From a virus (Duplodnaviria > Caudoviricetes), in IMG/VR virus record IMGVR_UViG_3300033076_000846, positions 1 through 43,246 of that record: a stretch of 43,246 nt of DNA; one strand, 5' to 3'. The notes under the pieces were generated by a model. The model searched no databases and had not been told where the DNA came from. It saw only the letters and a list, made by a program, of their open reading frames with translations. The translations under genes were made by a program, and so were the position numbers. Positions 26,962 through 37,020 of this stretch are shown here, piece after piece. The first letter of the stretch is position 1. Every line of letters begins with the position of its first letter.

Positions 26962-27158
26962 AAGCTGCCATTCAAGCCCTAGCCCCGGTTGAAGACAAGA
27001 TCCGCGACGCCTTCGTTGGCCTCTCCGGGACCGGAATTGCCGTCACCCTCCAAGGTTGGCAGTCGTATGCCTCCATCTTTGCCGCCGTCAGCACCGGGCT
27101 CTGGATGATTACCCAAGCCTACATTGCCATTAGAAACCGCTTTGACTCCAAGAAATAA
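26958..27158 (+). CDS. Holin-like membrane protein
   Basis: 66 aa, hydrophobic segments, basic tail RNRFDSKK. Confidence 0.5.
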   Translation: MKAAIQALAPVEDKIRDAFVGLSGTGIAVTLQGWQSYASIFAAVSTGLWMITQAYIAIRNRFDSKK

Positions 27159-29215
27159 TGCCACGCTACCGCACATACGGAGGTAATGACGACGTTCCGC
27201 TACTGGACGGCGATACCGTGTTTACGGGCTTTGCCTCCCGTATCCAGCCTACCGCATTGGGCGAGGGTATGGCATCGTTTGCGGGCAACATGCGGGCCGA
27301 CCGTGGCACCTACAAGGTCCGGGCGGGCTCCCTGGCGCTCTCTACGGACATTTCCATCACCAATCCTACGTTGCTGGTTGGCGGGTTCTCGTTGGCAGCA
27401 GACGTGACGGTTTCAACCATCACCCGGGCGGCTACCACGGCTACGGTTACGACCTCCGGTGCCCACGGCTACTCTACGTCCGACCTCGTGAACATCCGGG
27501 GCGCTACGCAGACCGACTACAACGGTGACAAGACGATCACAGTCACCGGAGCGAACACCTTTACCTACACGGTCGCAGGCGCACCCGTGACCCCGGCAAC
27601 CGGGACCATCTACGCCAACAAGGGGCCAATCCTCAAGAACACGTATTCCGACCAAATCCGGGCGGCCTGCGTCTATGCCTCCGACGAGAACGTAGAGGGC
27701 ATCCTAATGGTTGCTGGCGATGCCGCCTATGCCTACCGGGAAGGCCAGTCCACCGCAGCCATTGCCTACCCGGCAAACGAGTTGGTGGACATTACCGACA
27801 CCGTGGACGTGCTGAACGTGCTGGGGCAGGTTTACTTGGTTCGCGGCTACCGGGTGGCTTCGGACTTCACCGCTTCCTCGCTCACGCAGGCAGCCGGCAC
27901 CGCTACCTTCACTTCTGCTACCAATCACGGTCTGGCAACGAACGATTGGGTGTATATCAAGGGCGCGTCTCCCGTGAACTACAACGGGGCGTTCCAGGTG
28001 ACGGTTACCGGCCTTACCACCTTCACGTATGCCGTATCCGGTGCTCCCGCCTCGCCTGCAACCGGGACGATCATTGGCCGGGAATGCAAAGTGCCCCTCA
28101 AGTGGGACCGGAACGTAGCCAATGACTTCGTGCGCGTGACCACCGGGGCATCTACCGGCACCCTCGTTCGCTTGCCCCCCGTTGACTGGATCGAGGAGTT
28201 CAACAGCCGCACGGTCATTCCCTTTGAGCGCGATCAGTTGCTTCTCTCGGATATTCAGGATGCCGAAACCTTTGATAACGTGTATGCGCAGTTCCGTATC
28301 AAGCCGGGCACGAATGACTGGATTGTGGGTGCGGCCCCCTACCAGGACGACAAGCTCTTGGTGTTCTACCGGAAGTCCATCCATGCCCTGCTCTTTGACG
28401 CGAACAACCTGACGCTCTCCCAAGCGTTGATTGTGGCCCCGGACGTAGGCTGCGTGGCCCGGCAGACAATCGCTACCTGCGGCGACTTCATTCTTTGGCT
28501 TTCGGATAACGGCGTTTACCAGCTATCCGTAGGCGAACTGCTGTCTCTGCGCGGCAGCCAAGTCCCGCTTTCCGACCGCATCCAAGACCAGATTGGCCTC
28601 ATTAACTGGGCTTATGCAGAGAACGCGGTAGCTACCTACTATAACAATCGCTACTACCTCGCTATCCCGACCGGGACTAGCACGAAGAACAATACGATCC
28701 TAATTTACAACTTCATCAACCGGGAGTGGGAGAGCGTGGACACTTACCCAGGGTCTTTCACCATCGTTGACCTGTTGATTATGGACTACGCGGGCCGCAA
28801 GACCATCCATGCGGTTACGGACTACGGGTTTATCTTTGCGCTAGAGCAGGGCCAGACCGACCAATGGGGCCGTAGCTCCATGATTACCAGCTACCCAATT
28901 GCGGGCAGCCTCTACACCCGGAATTACTTGGCAAAGACCTTCGATTTGAAACGGTTCAAGCGGTTCCAGTTGGAGAGCAACCTTTCAGCCTCCGATGGCT
29001 TCACCGTCGCCTTCCGCTCGGAGAACCCTGACGTATCACGGGACGTATTGACCTATATTAGCCCAACTGATAACCAAATCACCCATCGCGGGAGTGTTGG
29101 GCTACGCGGCGTCAGCGGACGGCTGGAAATCACCACCACCGCAGGCCGCCCCGAGTTCAAGTCTGCCGTGGTCGAATCTTCCGAAAGCGACCGTAAAACC
29201 ATCACCTTCAGCTAA
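27158..29215 (+). CDS. Tail nozzle or stabilisation protein (P22 gp10/tubular B-like)
   Basis: VGCVA..TI, WLSDNGVY, LSDRI, RYYLAIP, ILIYNF...W; two repeated AHG/NHG...YNG...TFTY beta inserts. Confidence 0.7.
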   Translation: MPRYRTYGGNDDVPLLDGDTVFTGFASRIQPTALGEGMASFAGNMRADRGTYKVRAGSLALSTDISITNPTLLVGGFSLAADVTVSTITRAATTATVTTSGAHGYSTSDLVNIRGATQTDYNGDKTITVTGANTFTYTVAGAPVTPATGTIYANKGPILKNTYSDQIRAACVYASDENVEGILMVAGDAAYAYREGQSTAAIAYPANELVDITDTVDVLNVLGQVYLVRGYRVASDFTASSLTQAAGTATFTSATNHGLATNDWVYIKGASPVNYNGAFQVTVTGLTTFTYAVSGAPASPATGTIIGRECKVPLKWDRNVANDFVRVTTGASTGTLVRLPPVDWIEEFNSRTVIPFERDQLLLSDIQDAETFDNVYAQFRIKPGTNDWIVGAAPYQDDKLLVFYRKSIHALLFDANNLTLSQALIVAPDVGCVARQTIATCGDFILWLSDNGVYQLSVGELLSLRGSQVPLSDRIQDQIGLINWAYAENAVATYYNNRYYLAIPTGTSTKNNTILIYNFINREWESVDTYPGSFTIVDLLIMDYAGRKTIHAVTDYGFIFALEQGQTDQWGRSSMITSYPIAGSLYTRNYLAKTFDLKRFKRFQLESNLSASDGFTVAFRSENPDVSRDVLTYISPTDNQITHRGSVGLRGVSGRLEITTTAGRPEFKSAVVESSESDRKTITFS

Positions 29216-29871
29216 TGGCCCTCACACTCACAGCCGGATATACCTGGACAAGCGGCGAGGTAGATACCGCCACCAAGCGCAATTCCGCCGCCGTCCCCAC
29301 GGTGGCAGACGGGCAGACCTATGCCTTCGGGCTGGGCTCTGCCGCCTCTCCTTCGCAGACCTTCAACGGTGACACGAATACCGGCGCTTACTCGCCCGGA
29401 GCGGATCAATGGGCGGTTGCGGTTGCGGGCGTGCAGGTTGTTGCCGTTTCGTCCACCGGCTTTGCCGTGACAGGCACGACCACCAGCACGGAGGCTGGAT
29501 CGGGCGATGGAACCGGGCTTAACGCGGGCACGGCCACAGCGGGCGGCAACGCGGGTGTTTCCTTTTTCACGGCGGGATCAAATCGCTGGACAAACGACAT
29601 TTTGGGTAGCGCAGATGCGGAGAGTATCCGGTGGCGTAAGCGCGGCACGGGTGCTGGTACCTACATGACGCTTTCAACGGCGGGCCTAGTCCTTGCCGGT
29701 CAACTTACGCAGGCTTCCGCTACGCTCGCAAAGACAAGCACCGCACTCACCGACGCCGCCCAATCGCAGGTTGCCACCATCACCAACGCCCCCGTTGGCA
29801 AGGCCGGAAACCCGACCAAGTGGGTGCCCGTGGATGACAACGGCACGACCCGCTACGTTCCCCTTTGGTAA
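29215..29871 (+). CDS. Tail fibre or needle-like protein
   Basis: GSAASPS.TF.GDTNTG.YSPGAD fibre motif; Gly/Thr/Ala-rich. Confidence 0.65.
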   Translation: MALTLTAGYTWTSGEVDTATKRNSAAVPTVADGQTYAFGLGSAASPSQTFNGDTNTGAYSPGADQWAVAVAGVQVVAVSSTGFAVTGTTTSTEAGSGDGTGLNAGTATAGGNAGVSFFTAGSNRWTNDILGSADAESIRWRKRGTGAGTYMTLSTAGLVLAGQLTQASATLAKTSTALTDAAQSQVATITNAPVGKAGNPTKWVPVDDNGTTRYVPLW

Positions 29872-29872
29872 A

Positions 29873-30010
29873 ATGACCCCGCAAGAAGCCATCGACCTCC
29901 TGTTTAACGCGACCGGGCATCTCTCGGCCAACCGGGAAACCCACGCCAAGTTCATCGAGGCTGCGAATGTGCTGAAAGAAGCCATCAAGCCCAAGGAAGA
30001 TAAGCCTTAA
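29873..30010 (+). CDS. Small hypothetical protein
   Basis: MTPQEAIDLL...; TAATG coupling to the next gene. Confidence 0.55.
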   Translation: MTPQEAIDLLFNATGHLSANRETHAKFIEAANVLKEAIKPKEDKP

Positions 30011-30354
30011 TGGACGCTATCGCCCAAGCCCTCGGGATCTACGCCAAGCACGGTCTTTCGCTGGAACGCGACATGGCCGATTACTTGGCTTTTGGCTACG
30101 TTTTCGCAGAACCGGGCCGCTTGCTCATGGGTAGGCCGGTAAAGGCCGCAAATGGCCTAGAATGGCTTCCCAAGGGCCATGCCGGGGACGCCTGGTATGT
30201 CCACCTCGCCGTAGGGCAGGGTGCCCTTGATTGGTTTGTTAGTAAAATGCCGTTCTACCTCCCAAAATTGGGGTGGCGGCGCGACTTTAAGAACCCCGCA
30301 TCCGGTCTTCGGTTTTACCCGACCGACCGCGTTGCAACCCTCACGAAAGCCTAG
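30010..30354 (+). CDS. Hypothetical protein (possible degenerate GNAT-like, at the usual podovirus position)
   Basis: AWYVHLAVG..MPFYLP..GWRR; precedes the ejection genes. Confidence 0.55.
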   Translation: MDAIAQALGIYAKHGLSLERDMADYLAFGYVFAEPGRLLMGRPVKAANGLEWLPKGHAGDAWYVHLAVGQGALDWFVSKMPFYLPKLGWRRDFKNPASGLRFYPTDRVATLTKA

Positions 30355-30357
30355 TCT

Positions 30358-32337
30358 ATGGGATCAACTACAGTTCAAGCCCCAGCCCCGCGCAATATCG
30401 CCCAAGAGACGGGCGACACCCTGCAAACACAGATTGACTTGGCCCCGCAGCAATTGGCTGCGTATCAGCAGACGGCTCCCGGCTATGCCGCCGCCGACCG
30501 TGCAACCCTTTGGGACTCGTTTACCGCGCCTAACGGCATCCTGAGCCTCAACAATATGTTGGCGGATCAGACGGCCAATGCCAACCTTTCGGCCAACCGT
30601 TCGCAGCGGGTAGCCGACCTGACCGACCTCAATACGTATGGCGGCGGGATGCTTACGCTTCAGCAATCGCTGAACAAGCAAATGTATGACAGTATGAACG
30701 ATTACGGCAATCGGGCATACGCGGGCGTGGATACCACGGGCTACGCCAACCAAGCCGGTCAAATCGCTGCCAACGGCTTCGGCCAATACACCCCTACGGC
30801 AGTCGGCGGGGTAGACGCGAACAATGCCATTTCCGGTCAGGATGTGGGCTTTAATACCGTCCGGGGCAACGGTCTTTCCGCCAGCGCCATTCAGGGACAG
30901 AACGTAGGTGCAGATGCCATTCAGGGCGTGGGCGTGGGTGCCAATACCGGCTTTGACGCGGTGCGCTCCCGGCAGGGCGATATGGGGCTCCGTATGGGCC
31001 AAATGCAGCTTGCCTCGGGCGAGACTGCTCCCGGACAACTCCAACGCGGGCTAGAGCAACAGGCGGCACAGGGTTTGGCCCTTGGCGGTCAGCTTTCCGG
31101 TCAGGAAACCCGGGATGCCCAGCAAGCCGCTCGTGCAGCCTTTGCCGCCCGTGGCCTTGGTTCCACCAATGCCTCCGTTGCCGCCGAAGTTCTTAATCTG
31201 GACAACGCCCAACGCGCCCGCTTGGCCGAACGCCAGCAGCTTGCCGCTTCCGTGGACGCTCAGGGCAACGCCCAGCGCAACCAAAACTTCTCCAACACCC
31301 TCGGCCTCTCCAACGCCTCCCAAGGCTACAATCAGGCCAATATCGCTGCCCAGCAGGCCAACCTTGGCGCTCAGATGCAGGGCAACTCCATGGGGCTCCA
31401 AGCGGGCCTTGCGAACCAGCAGAACGCCTATCAGACCCAGCTTGCCAACCAACAGGCCGGTTTGCAGGCGAACCTCGCCAACCAGCAGAACAGCTATCAG
31501 ACCCAGCTTGCCAACCAACAGGCGGGGCTCCAAGCCGGGCAGTTCACGGGCCAGCAGGACTTGCAGGCCCAGCTTGCCAATCAGGCAGCCGGGTTGCAGG
31601 CGGGTCAACTCAACCAGCAGAACAACTACAACGCCCAGCTTGCGAACCAGGCCGATGCCTACCAACGGGCGGCACTCAATGCGCAAATTGGGCAGTTCAA
31701 CGCCGGGCAGAACCAATCGGCTGCCGGGATGAACATGCAGTCCTTGCAGAATCAGTATTCGGCGCTCAATAGCTCGGATCAGAACTCGCTCAACCGCCAG
31801 TATCAGAACAACCAGCAGCTTCAAAACTACGTCGGGATGCGCCAGAACACGCAGTTTGACCCGGCGCTGGGCATCCTTGGCCGTCAATCGATTAACCAAG
31901 GGACAACGCAGGGCTTGTTTGGTCAGGGCGCGGCCTCGGTTGCCGGTTCCAATGCTGCTACCCGGGATATGTTCAACCCGTTCAATTCCTACGCTGCCGA
32001 CCTCTATGGTTCCAATCAGAACATGGCGTATTCGGCTTCGGCTGCGACGGCTGGAAACAAGGCCAACATGATCGGTGGGTTGTTCTCGGCTGCCGGTTCC
32101 TTGGGTGGTGCCGCCATCCTCAAGTGCTGGGTCGCCCGCGAGGTTTACGGCTTCAACAATCCGCGTTGGCTGCAATTCCGCGAGTGGATGCTGAACAAGG
32201 CCCCCGAAGCCCTGCGCATTGCCTATATCGAGAACGGCGAGCGTCTGGCGTATGCTCTCCACAACAAACCCCGCTTGAAGGCCAAGATCAAAGCCTGGAT
32301 GGACGCTCAACTCATGGAGGACGCTTATGCCCTTTAA
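30358..32337 (+). CDS. Internal virion/ejection (pilot) protein with Gln/Asn repeats and C-terminal CWVAREVYG domain
   Basis: ARG...S motif, LANQQ repeats, Gly-rich hydrophobic segment, then a Cys-initiated ~70 aa domain. Confidence 0.7.
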   Translation: MGSTTVQAPAPRNIAQETGDTLQTQIDLAPQQLAAYQQTAPGYAAADRATLWDSFTAPNGILSLNNMLADQTANANLSANRSQRVADLTDLNTYGGGMLTLQQSLNKQMYDSMNDYGNRAYAGVDTTGYANQAGQIAANGFGQYTPTAVGGVDANNAISGQDVGFNTVRGNGLSASAIQGQNVGADAIQGVGVGANTGFDAVRSRQGDMGLRMGQMQLASGETAPGQLQRGLEQQAAQGLALGGQLSGQETRDAQQAARAAFAARGLGSTNASVAAEVLNLDNAQRARLAERQQLAASVDAQGNAQRNQNFSNTLGLSNASQGYNQANIAAQQANLGAQMQGNSMGLQAGLANQQNAYQTQLANQQAGLQANLANQQNSYQTQLANQQAGLQAGQFTGQQDLQAQLANQAAGLQAGQLNQQNNYNAQLANQADAYQRAALNAQIGQFNAGQNQSAAGMNMQSLQNQYSALNSSDQNSLNRQYQNNQQLQNYVGMRQNTQFDPALGILGRQSINQGTTQGLFGQGAASVAGSNAATRDMFNPFNSYAADLYGSNQNMAYSASAATAGNKANMIGGLFSAAGSLGGAAILKCWVAREVYGFNNPRWLQFREWMLNKAPEALRIAYIENGERLAYALHNKPRLKAKIKAWMDAQLMEDAYAL

Positions 32338-33583
32338 TCCGACGATTCACAGCACCAACGACGGACTGGCCCGGGGCATTGCCCAAGGTGCGCAGGCGCT
32401 TGCGATGGGCTTGCAGGGCTACTACCAAAAGCAGGAAGAAAAGAAGCTCAACGATCAGGCGACTGCTACCTTCCAGAAGTATCTCGGTTCCAACCCCGAC
32501 ATGGCCAAGTCCATCGGGCTCCAAGACACGACCGATACCAAGGCCATCGGGGCAATGATTAAGTCCCTCGGCGGACCGGCGAAGGCCATGGAGTTCGGTG
32601 CCAGCGCCATGCAGATGCAGGAAATGCAGAAGAAGCAGCAGGAACAGGCGGCGGTTAAGGCCCGCATGGAATCCATGCTGCGTATGAGCCAGAACCCAAC
32701 GGGGCCGCTCTCCAATGCCAACTACGCTCAGATGCAAGACCCGGAAGCCGCCGCAGCCATCAAGGCTTATGTCTTCTCGGGCGATCCACGCATGGCTACG
32801 GAAGTCTATGGCGAGCAGATGAAGCAGATGGCGGCGAATGCGGGTAGGGAGCGGGCACCGGGTAATGCCGTTGACCTCAAATCCTACCGCAGCGCAGACG
32901 CCAATGGACGCCCCATTGAGGTCACGATTGACCAAAAGACGGGCAAGCCGGTGGGGCAGGGGCCGGTGAATGAAGCCATGCGCCCCGTGCTCTCCCCGGA
33001 AGAGGAAGCCGCCAAGGCTCAGTTACTAGGTCGGACAAACTCGGCGCTCAAGTTCAACGAGGGTTTACTGGAAGCTGGAACCGCCGCATCCAAATCCATT
33101 CACAACTTTGACGCCGCTCTAAGCCTGCTTGACCGGGTAAAGACCGGCACGGGCGCTGATACTGAAATGGCGATCAAGAAATTCGGCTCCGCTCTCGGCA
33201 TCAAGACGGACGGGATAAAGGACTACGAACAACTCCAAACCTTACTTGGCGATGCCGTCATGGCTCGCGTTCAGCAGACCAAGGGCAGCATTTCAAACAA
33301 GGAAATGGAAGTGTTCAGCCAATACTCGGCTTCGGCGGCCAAGACTCCCGAGGGCAATAAGGCGATCTTTAACGGCCTCAAGCGTCAGGCGCTCCGCGAC
33401 CGTGACATTGCCAAGATGGTTCAGACCATGCGCCGGAAGGGCGATAACGAGGTGGATATTCAGAATGCGGTGAACGACAAGCTGCTGGAATCCCCGGTGT
33501 TCAACGAGGACGATGTTAAGGCGGTTACGGGCGTCCAGGCCCCCGGCCCGGTCACGATCAAGTCCATCAAGAAAATCAACTAA
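32327..33583 (+). CDS. Internal virion/ejection protein
   Basis: Helical; KGSISNKEM..F...TPEGN motif; position. Confidence 0.65.
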   Translation: MPFNPTIHSTNDGLARGIAQGAQALAMGLQGYYQKQEEKKLNDQATATFQKYLGSNPDMAKSIGLQDTTDTKAIGAMIKSLGGPAKAMEFGASAMQMQEMQKKQQEQAAVKARMESMLRMSQNPTGPLSNANYAQMQDPEAAAAIKAYVFSGDPRMATEVYGEQMKQMAANAGRERAPGNAVDLKSYRSADANGRPIEVTIDQKTGKPVGQGPVNEAMRPVLSPEEEAAKAQLLGRTNSALKFNEGLLEAGTAASKSIHNFDAALSLLDRVKTGTGADTEMAIKKFGSALGIKTDGIKDYEQLQTLLGDAVMARVQQTKGSISNKEMEVFSQYSASAAKTPEGNKAIFNGLKRQALRDRDIAKMVQTMRRKGDNEVDIQNAVNDKLLESPVFNEDDVKAVTGVQAPGPVTIKSIKKIN

Positions 33584-35184
33584 TGCCAACCTATCGCGTA
33601 GAAACCGACAAGGGCACTTACGACATTGAGGCCGACCGCGAACCCACGCAGGCCGACGTTATGGCCCATTTGCAGGGGCTGGGCGGCGATTCCGCGTCCA
33701 AGGTGGCGCCCAAGGACGTAAAGGCGCTGCAAACGACCTGGGCGAACTCCGGGCCTGAAATGCGTGCAAAGATGCTCTTGGCGCACTTCCCGGGGTATGC
33801 AAAGGATGGAGTTGAGGGCACCATGAAGGTTGTCCGTGACATGGGTCTTGAGGCTGGCGGTGCCGCTGGCGGTCAGGCGCTCGGAAGCATGGCCGGTCCG
33901 TATGCGCCGGTTGCCTCCCGCGTTCTCGGCGGTATCGGCGGCGCTGCTGGAAACGCCATGGCTCAATATATGGATGGCGGTCCATTCTCTGCCGGGCGGG
34001 TGCTTGGCGCTGGCATTGCTGGCATGATTCCGGGCGGTTCTATGACCAAAGCCGGTGCCGGTGAAGTCGCCCTGCAATCGGCCAAATACGCGATTGGTAA
34101 CACGGTTGCAAAAACCGCTCAGACCGTCGTGGATACTGGCAAGCTCCCATCCACCGAAGAAGCCCTAATGGCCGCAGGAACGGGTGCATTGGCCGGTCCT
34201 ATCGCCAAGGCTTTCGACAAGGGGCTTAACTCCCCGACGCTGGAAGCCGCGATTCGCCGAGCCAAGGATGCCACCCGCCGCGAGACTATTGAGATTGGCA
34301 AGGAATTGGGATACGTCATCCCGCCGTCCATTATCCGAAACAACGTCGTCAACAACGGCCTGAACTCCATCGGTGGCAAGGCGGCTACGGCTCAACAGGC
34401 CCAGCTTGCCAACCAGCCGATTACAAACGCCGTGGTCAAAAGGGAACTCGGCTTGGCCGACGAAACCCCGCTCTCCACCGGCATCCTGAACGCCTTGAAG
34501 CAGGTTCACGGCAAAGCCTACGATGACGTTGCCAAGATCAGCCCGACAGCTGGGGCCAACTTGGAACTCTACAAGCAGGCACAGGCCGACGCCAACCAGC
34601 TTTTCAGCACGTATCGCAGCCAGTTCCCCAAGAACCCGGAGATCCTTGCGGCGGCCAAGCAAAGCCAGATGGAGGCTGATAACCTGTTTACCAACATTGA
34701 GGGCGAGGCAATGGCGCTCGGTAAGCCTGAACTGGCTACAAACCTCAAAGACTCCCGCGTTGCGCTTGCCAAGGTCGGCCTCGTTGAACGCTCGCTGAAC
34801 AAGGGTGATGGCAACGTGTCGGCCAAGGTCATCGGTGAAGCCTTTGACGCGGGTGAAAAGCTCACGGGAGGTTTTGAGAAGATCGGGCGCTTCCAACAGG
34901 CTTTCGGTCAACTCTTACGCGATCAGGCCGATACCCCAGCCCCCGGCGTTAACCAGCTTACCTCCTACCTGTCCGCAGGCGCGGGTATGGCCGGTGCCTC
35001 TGCCTACGGACCAGCCGGGTATGCCATGGCCGCAGTCCCGTTCATTGCCCAGCCTGGTGTCCGAAACCTCATGCTGTCCCGGGCATATCAGGGCACCAAG
35101 ATGGTTCAGCCCGACTACGGTATGACCCGGCAGGACGTTCCCGCAATGCTTGCCCGGTATGCGACGATGAACAGCGGGCGTTAA
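33583..35184 (+). CDS. Internal virion/DNA transfer protein
   Basis: Gly-zipper hydrophobic segments; last of three large helical genes. Confidence 0.65.
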   Translation: MPTYRVETDKGTYDIEADREPTQADVMAHLQGLGGDSASKVAPKDVKALQTTWANSGPEMRAKMLLAHFPGYAKDGVEGTMKVVRDMGLEAGGAAGGQALGSMAGPYAPVASRVLGGIGGAAGNAMAQYMDGGPFSAGRVLGAGIAGMIPGGSMTKAGAGEVALQSAKYAIGNTVAKTAQTVVDTGKLPSTEEALMAAGTGALAGPIAKAFDKGLNSPTLEAAIRRAKDATRRETIEIGKELGYVIPPSIIRNNVVNNGLNSIGGKAATAQQAQLANQPITNAVVKRELGLADETPLSTGILNALKQVHGKAYDDVAKISPTAGANLELYKQAQADANQLFSTYRSQFPKNPEILAAAKQSQMEADNLFTNIEGEAMALGKPELATNLKDSRVALAKVGLVERSLNKGDGNVSAKVIGEAFDAGEKLTGGFEKIGRFQQAFGQLLRDQADTPAPGVNQLTSYLSAGAGMAGASAYGPAGYAMAAVPFIAQPGVRNLMLSRAYQGTKMVQPDYGMTRQDVPAMLARYATMNSGR

Positions 35185-35477
35185 TTCCTTGCTAATAGCC
35201 CACCGAATCCCCACGGATTCACGGCATGGGCTTCCTCAAGCCAGTTACCAGCCGCATTGCAAACAGCCTGCCCGCTCAGATTATCGGTGCGCTCGGGGTA
35301 GTTATCGGCCTCGTATTCCACATGGGAAACCTAGTTGATATTGGCACCGGGATTATGATTGGCGGGTTGGTGTGCTCACCGGAGCAACGGGTTGCAGCCA
35401 ATAAGTCCGCCTAATAAGCCAAAACTGGCTAACATTTAGGCGTGACCCCGGCTCAATAAAGTTGCAACTGTTGCAAC

Positions 35478-35693
35478 ATGGAATCCGAGCTAACCACCGA
35501 ACAGGCCAAGAAGCGCCAGGACTACGAGCACGCAGGATACCGCCAGACCGGCTTTATGGACGGGCTGGTTTACATGGTAAAAACCGAGCAATACAAGGGC
35601 CAATTGTTCAAATCCATGCCCATCCTAATCCACCCGGACGGCGATGCTACCTACGGCCCCAAGTTGCAACCCGTAGGAAACTCTAATTTATGA
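35478..35693 (+). CDS. Hypothetical protein
   Basis: ATG directly after tandem GTTGCAAC; ATGA-coupled to the next gene. Confidence 0.6.
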   Translation: MESELTTEQAKKRQDYEHAGYRQTGFMDGLVYMVKTEQYKGQLFKSMPILIHPDGDATYGPKLQPVGNSNL

Positions 35694-36433
35694 CCAAACC
35701 TAGACGGTTCATTGCCATTGGCGATCCCCATGGCGACATGATAGACCCGGAAACAGAGAAAAGCCTATTTTCGTTCGTGGCCGACTTCAAACCCCAGGTT
35801 CGCCTACACCTCGGGGATAATTGGGACTTCCGCAACCTGCGCAAAGGCGCTTCAGACGACGAGAAAGCGGCCAGCCTAGAGGATGATTGGGAGATGGGCA
35901 GCGACTTTCTTAGGCGGTTCTTTGACGGCGGCAGCGAAAACCACTTTCTGCGCGGGAACCACGATGAACGTATCTACCATTTTGCCGGTAGTGCCACGGG
36001 GTTGCTCCGGGATTACGCCAATGACGGCATTAAACGCCTAGAGGCTATTGTTAAGAAAACGCGGGCCAAGATGCTGCCATACCACGTTAGGGACGGGGTG
36101 CTGCGTTTAGGCAGCTTAAAAGCGGTTCACGGGTATGCCCACGGGCTTAACGCGGCACAGGTTCACGCCCGGGTTTATCGCAATTGTGTCTTCGCACACG
36201 TGCATTCCATCGTTACCGCTCCCGTCGAGTCCGACGAAGGCCCGATGGAAGCCCGGTGCATCGGTGCCATCTGCAAGATCGACATGCCCTACAACAGCAC
36301 CCGCACCGCCACCCTTCGCCAAGAGAACGGCTGGGCCTACGGTCACCTGTTCCCCGATGGCAGCTACCAGCTATTCCAGACCCGCAAGATCAACGGTTCG
36401 TTCTATGCAGCGCATGAAATCCGAGCGTATTAA
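35690..36433 (+). CDS. Calcineurin-like metallophosphoesterase
   Basis: GDPHG, LGDNWD, GNHDER, VHG, AHVH. Confidence 0.9.
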   Translation: MTKPRRFIAIGDPHGDMIDPETEKSLFSFVADFKPQVRLHLGDNWDFRNLRKGASDDEKAASLEDDWEMGSDFLRRFFDGGSENHFLRGNHDERIYHFAGSATGLLRDYANDGIKRLEAIVKKTRAKMLPYHVRDGVLRLGSLKAVHGYAHGLNAAQVHARVYRNCVFAHVHSIVTAPVESDEGPMEARCIGAICKIDMPYNSTRTATLRQENGWAYGHLFPDGSYQLFQTRKINGSFYAAHEIRAY

Positions 36434-36689
36434 CCCCTTCGCCGCCCTAGCCGCCGAGCTAAACAAGCCCGCCGAGCAGCCATCCTACAAGGACGGTTGG
36501 CGCGACTTTGACGAGGTTCGTATTGAGGCCGGGTTAAGCCACGGCAAGACCCGGAAGGTCATCAAAGAGGGCTTGAAATCGGGCCGGGTAGAGCAAAAGG
36601 AGGGCTGGGCAACTGGACTCGGCAATCGCCCGGTTCGCTACGTGAAGTATCGGATGAAAAAGATTTCCGCGAAAAAACTTGCAACCTAG
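36414..36689 (+). CDS. Small basic winged-HTH-like protein
   Basis: Overlaps the phosphoesterase stop; GLSHGKTRKVIKEGLKSG. Confidence 0.55.
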   Translation: MKSERINPFAALAAELNKPAEQPSYKDGWRDFDEVRIEAGLSHGKTRKVIKEGLKSGRVEQKEGWATGLGNRPVRYVKYRMKKISAKKLAT

Positions 36690-36849
36690 TTAACACCGGG
36701 GAATCCATTAGGCCGTCGCAGGCGCTTGGAAGACGATTGCGACTCACATAAACCAACATGATACCCCATAATTTTACCCTGCTAGATCCGCGTAACTGCG
36801 GACGGGTTGTGTCATGTCCCGCCTTCCAGTCTAGCAGGGTTCTTTGCGT

Positions 36850-37020
36850 ATGGAAACGAACAACCTCACGAGAGATGAGGTCGAAGCGTTGCTTACGAGC
36901 ATTGAGAGCTACCTTGAAGACGTTTACGGGGTCATGCCCGGTGACGACACTTCAAGCTACCAGCTCCCGTTGTTCACGGCCTTTCGGAAGCTGCAAAGCT
37001 ACCGGAATGCTACCAAATAA
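36850..37020 (+). CDS. Small hypothetical protein (56 aa, not in ORF track)
   Basis: METNNLTRDEVEALL...RNATK, translated by hand. Confidence 0.45.
   Translation: METNNLTRDEVEALLTSIESYLEDVYGVMPGDDTSSYQLPLFTAFRKLQSYRNATK

Noticed and set aside
31051-32310. 419-aa minus-strand ORF
   Set aside because: Antisense shadow of the Gln/Asn-rich gene; no motifs.
35181-35414. Small ORFs on either strand (35226-35414 plus; about 35181-35321 minus) and possible TAG readthrough
   Set aside because: Cannot decide which is real. The minus frame also meets TGA upstream, and conserved genes are intact under the standard code, so recoding is unsupported.
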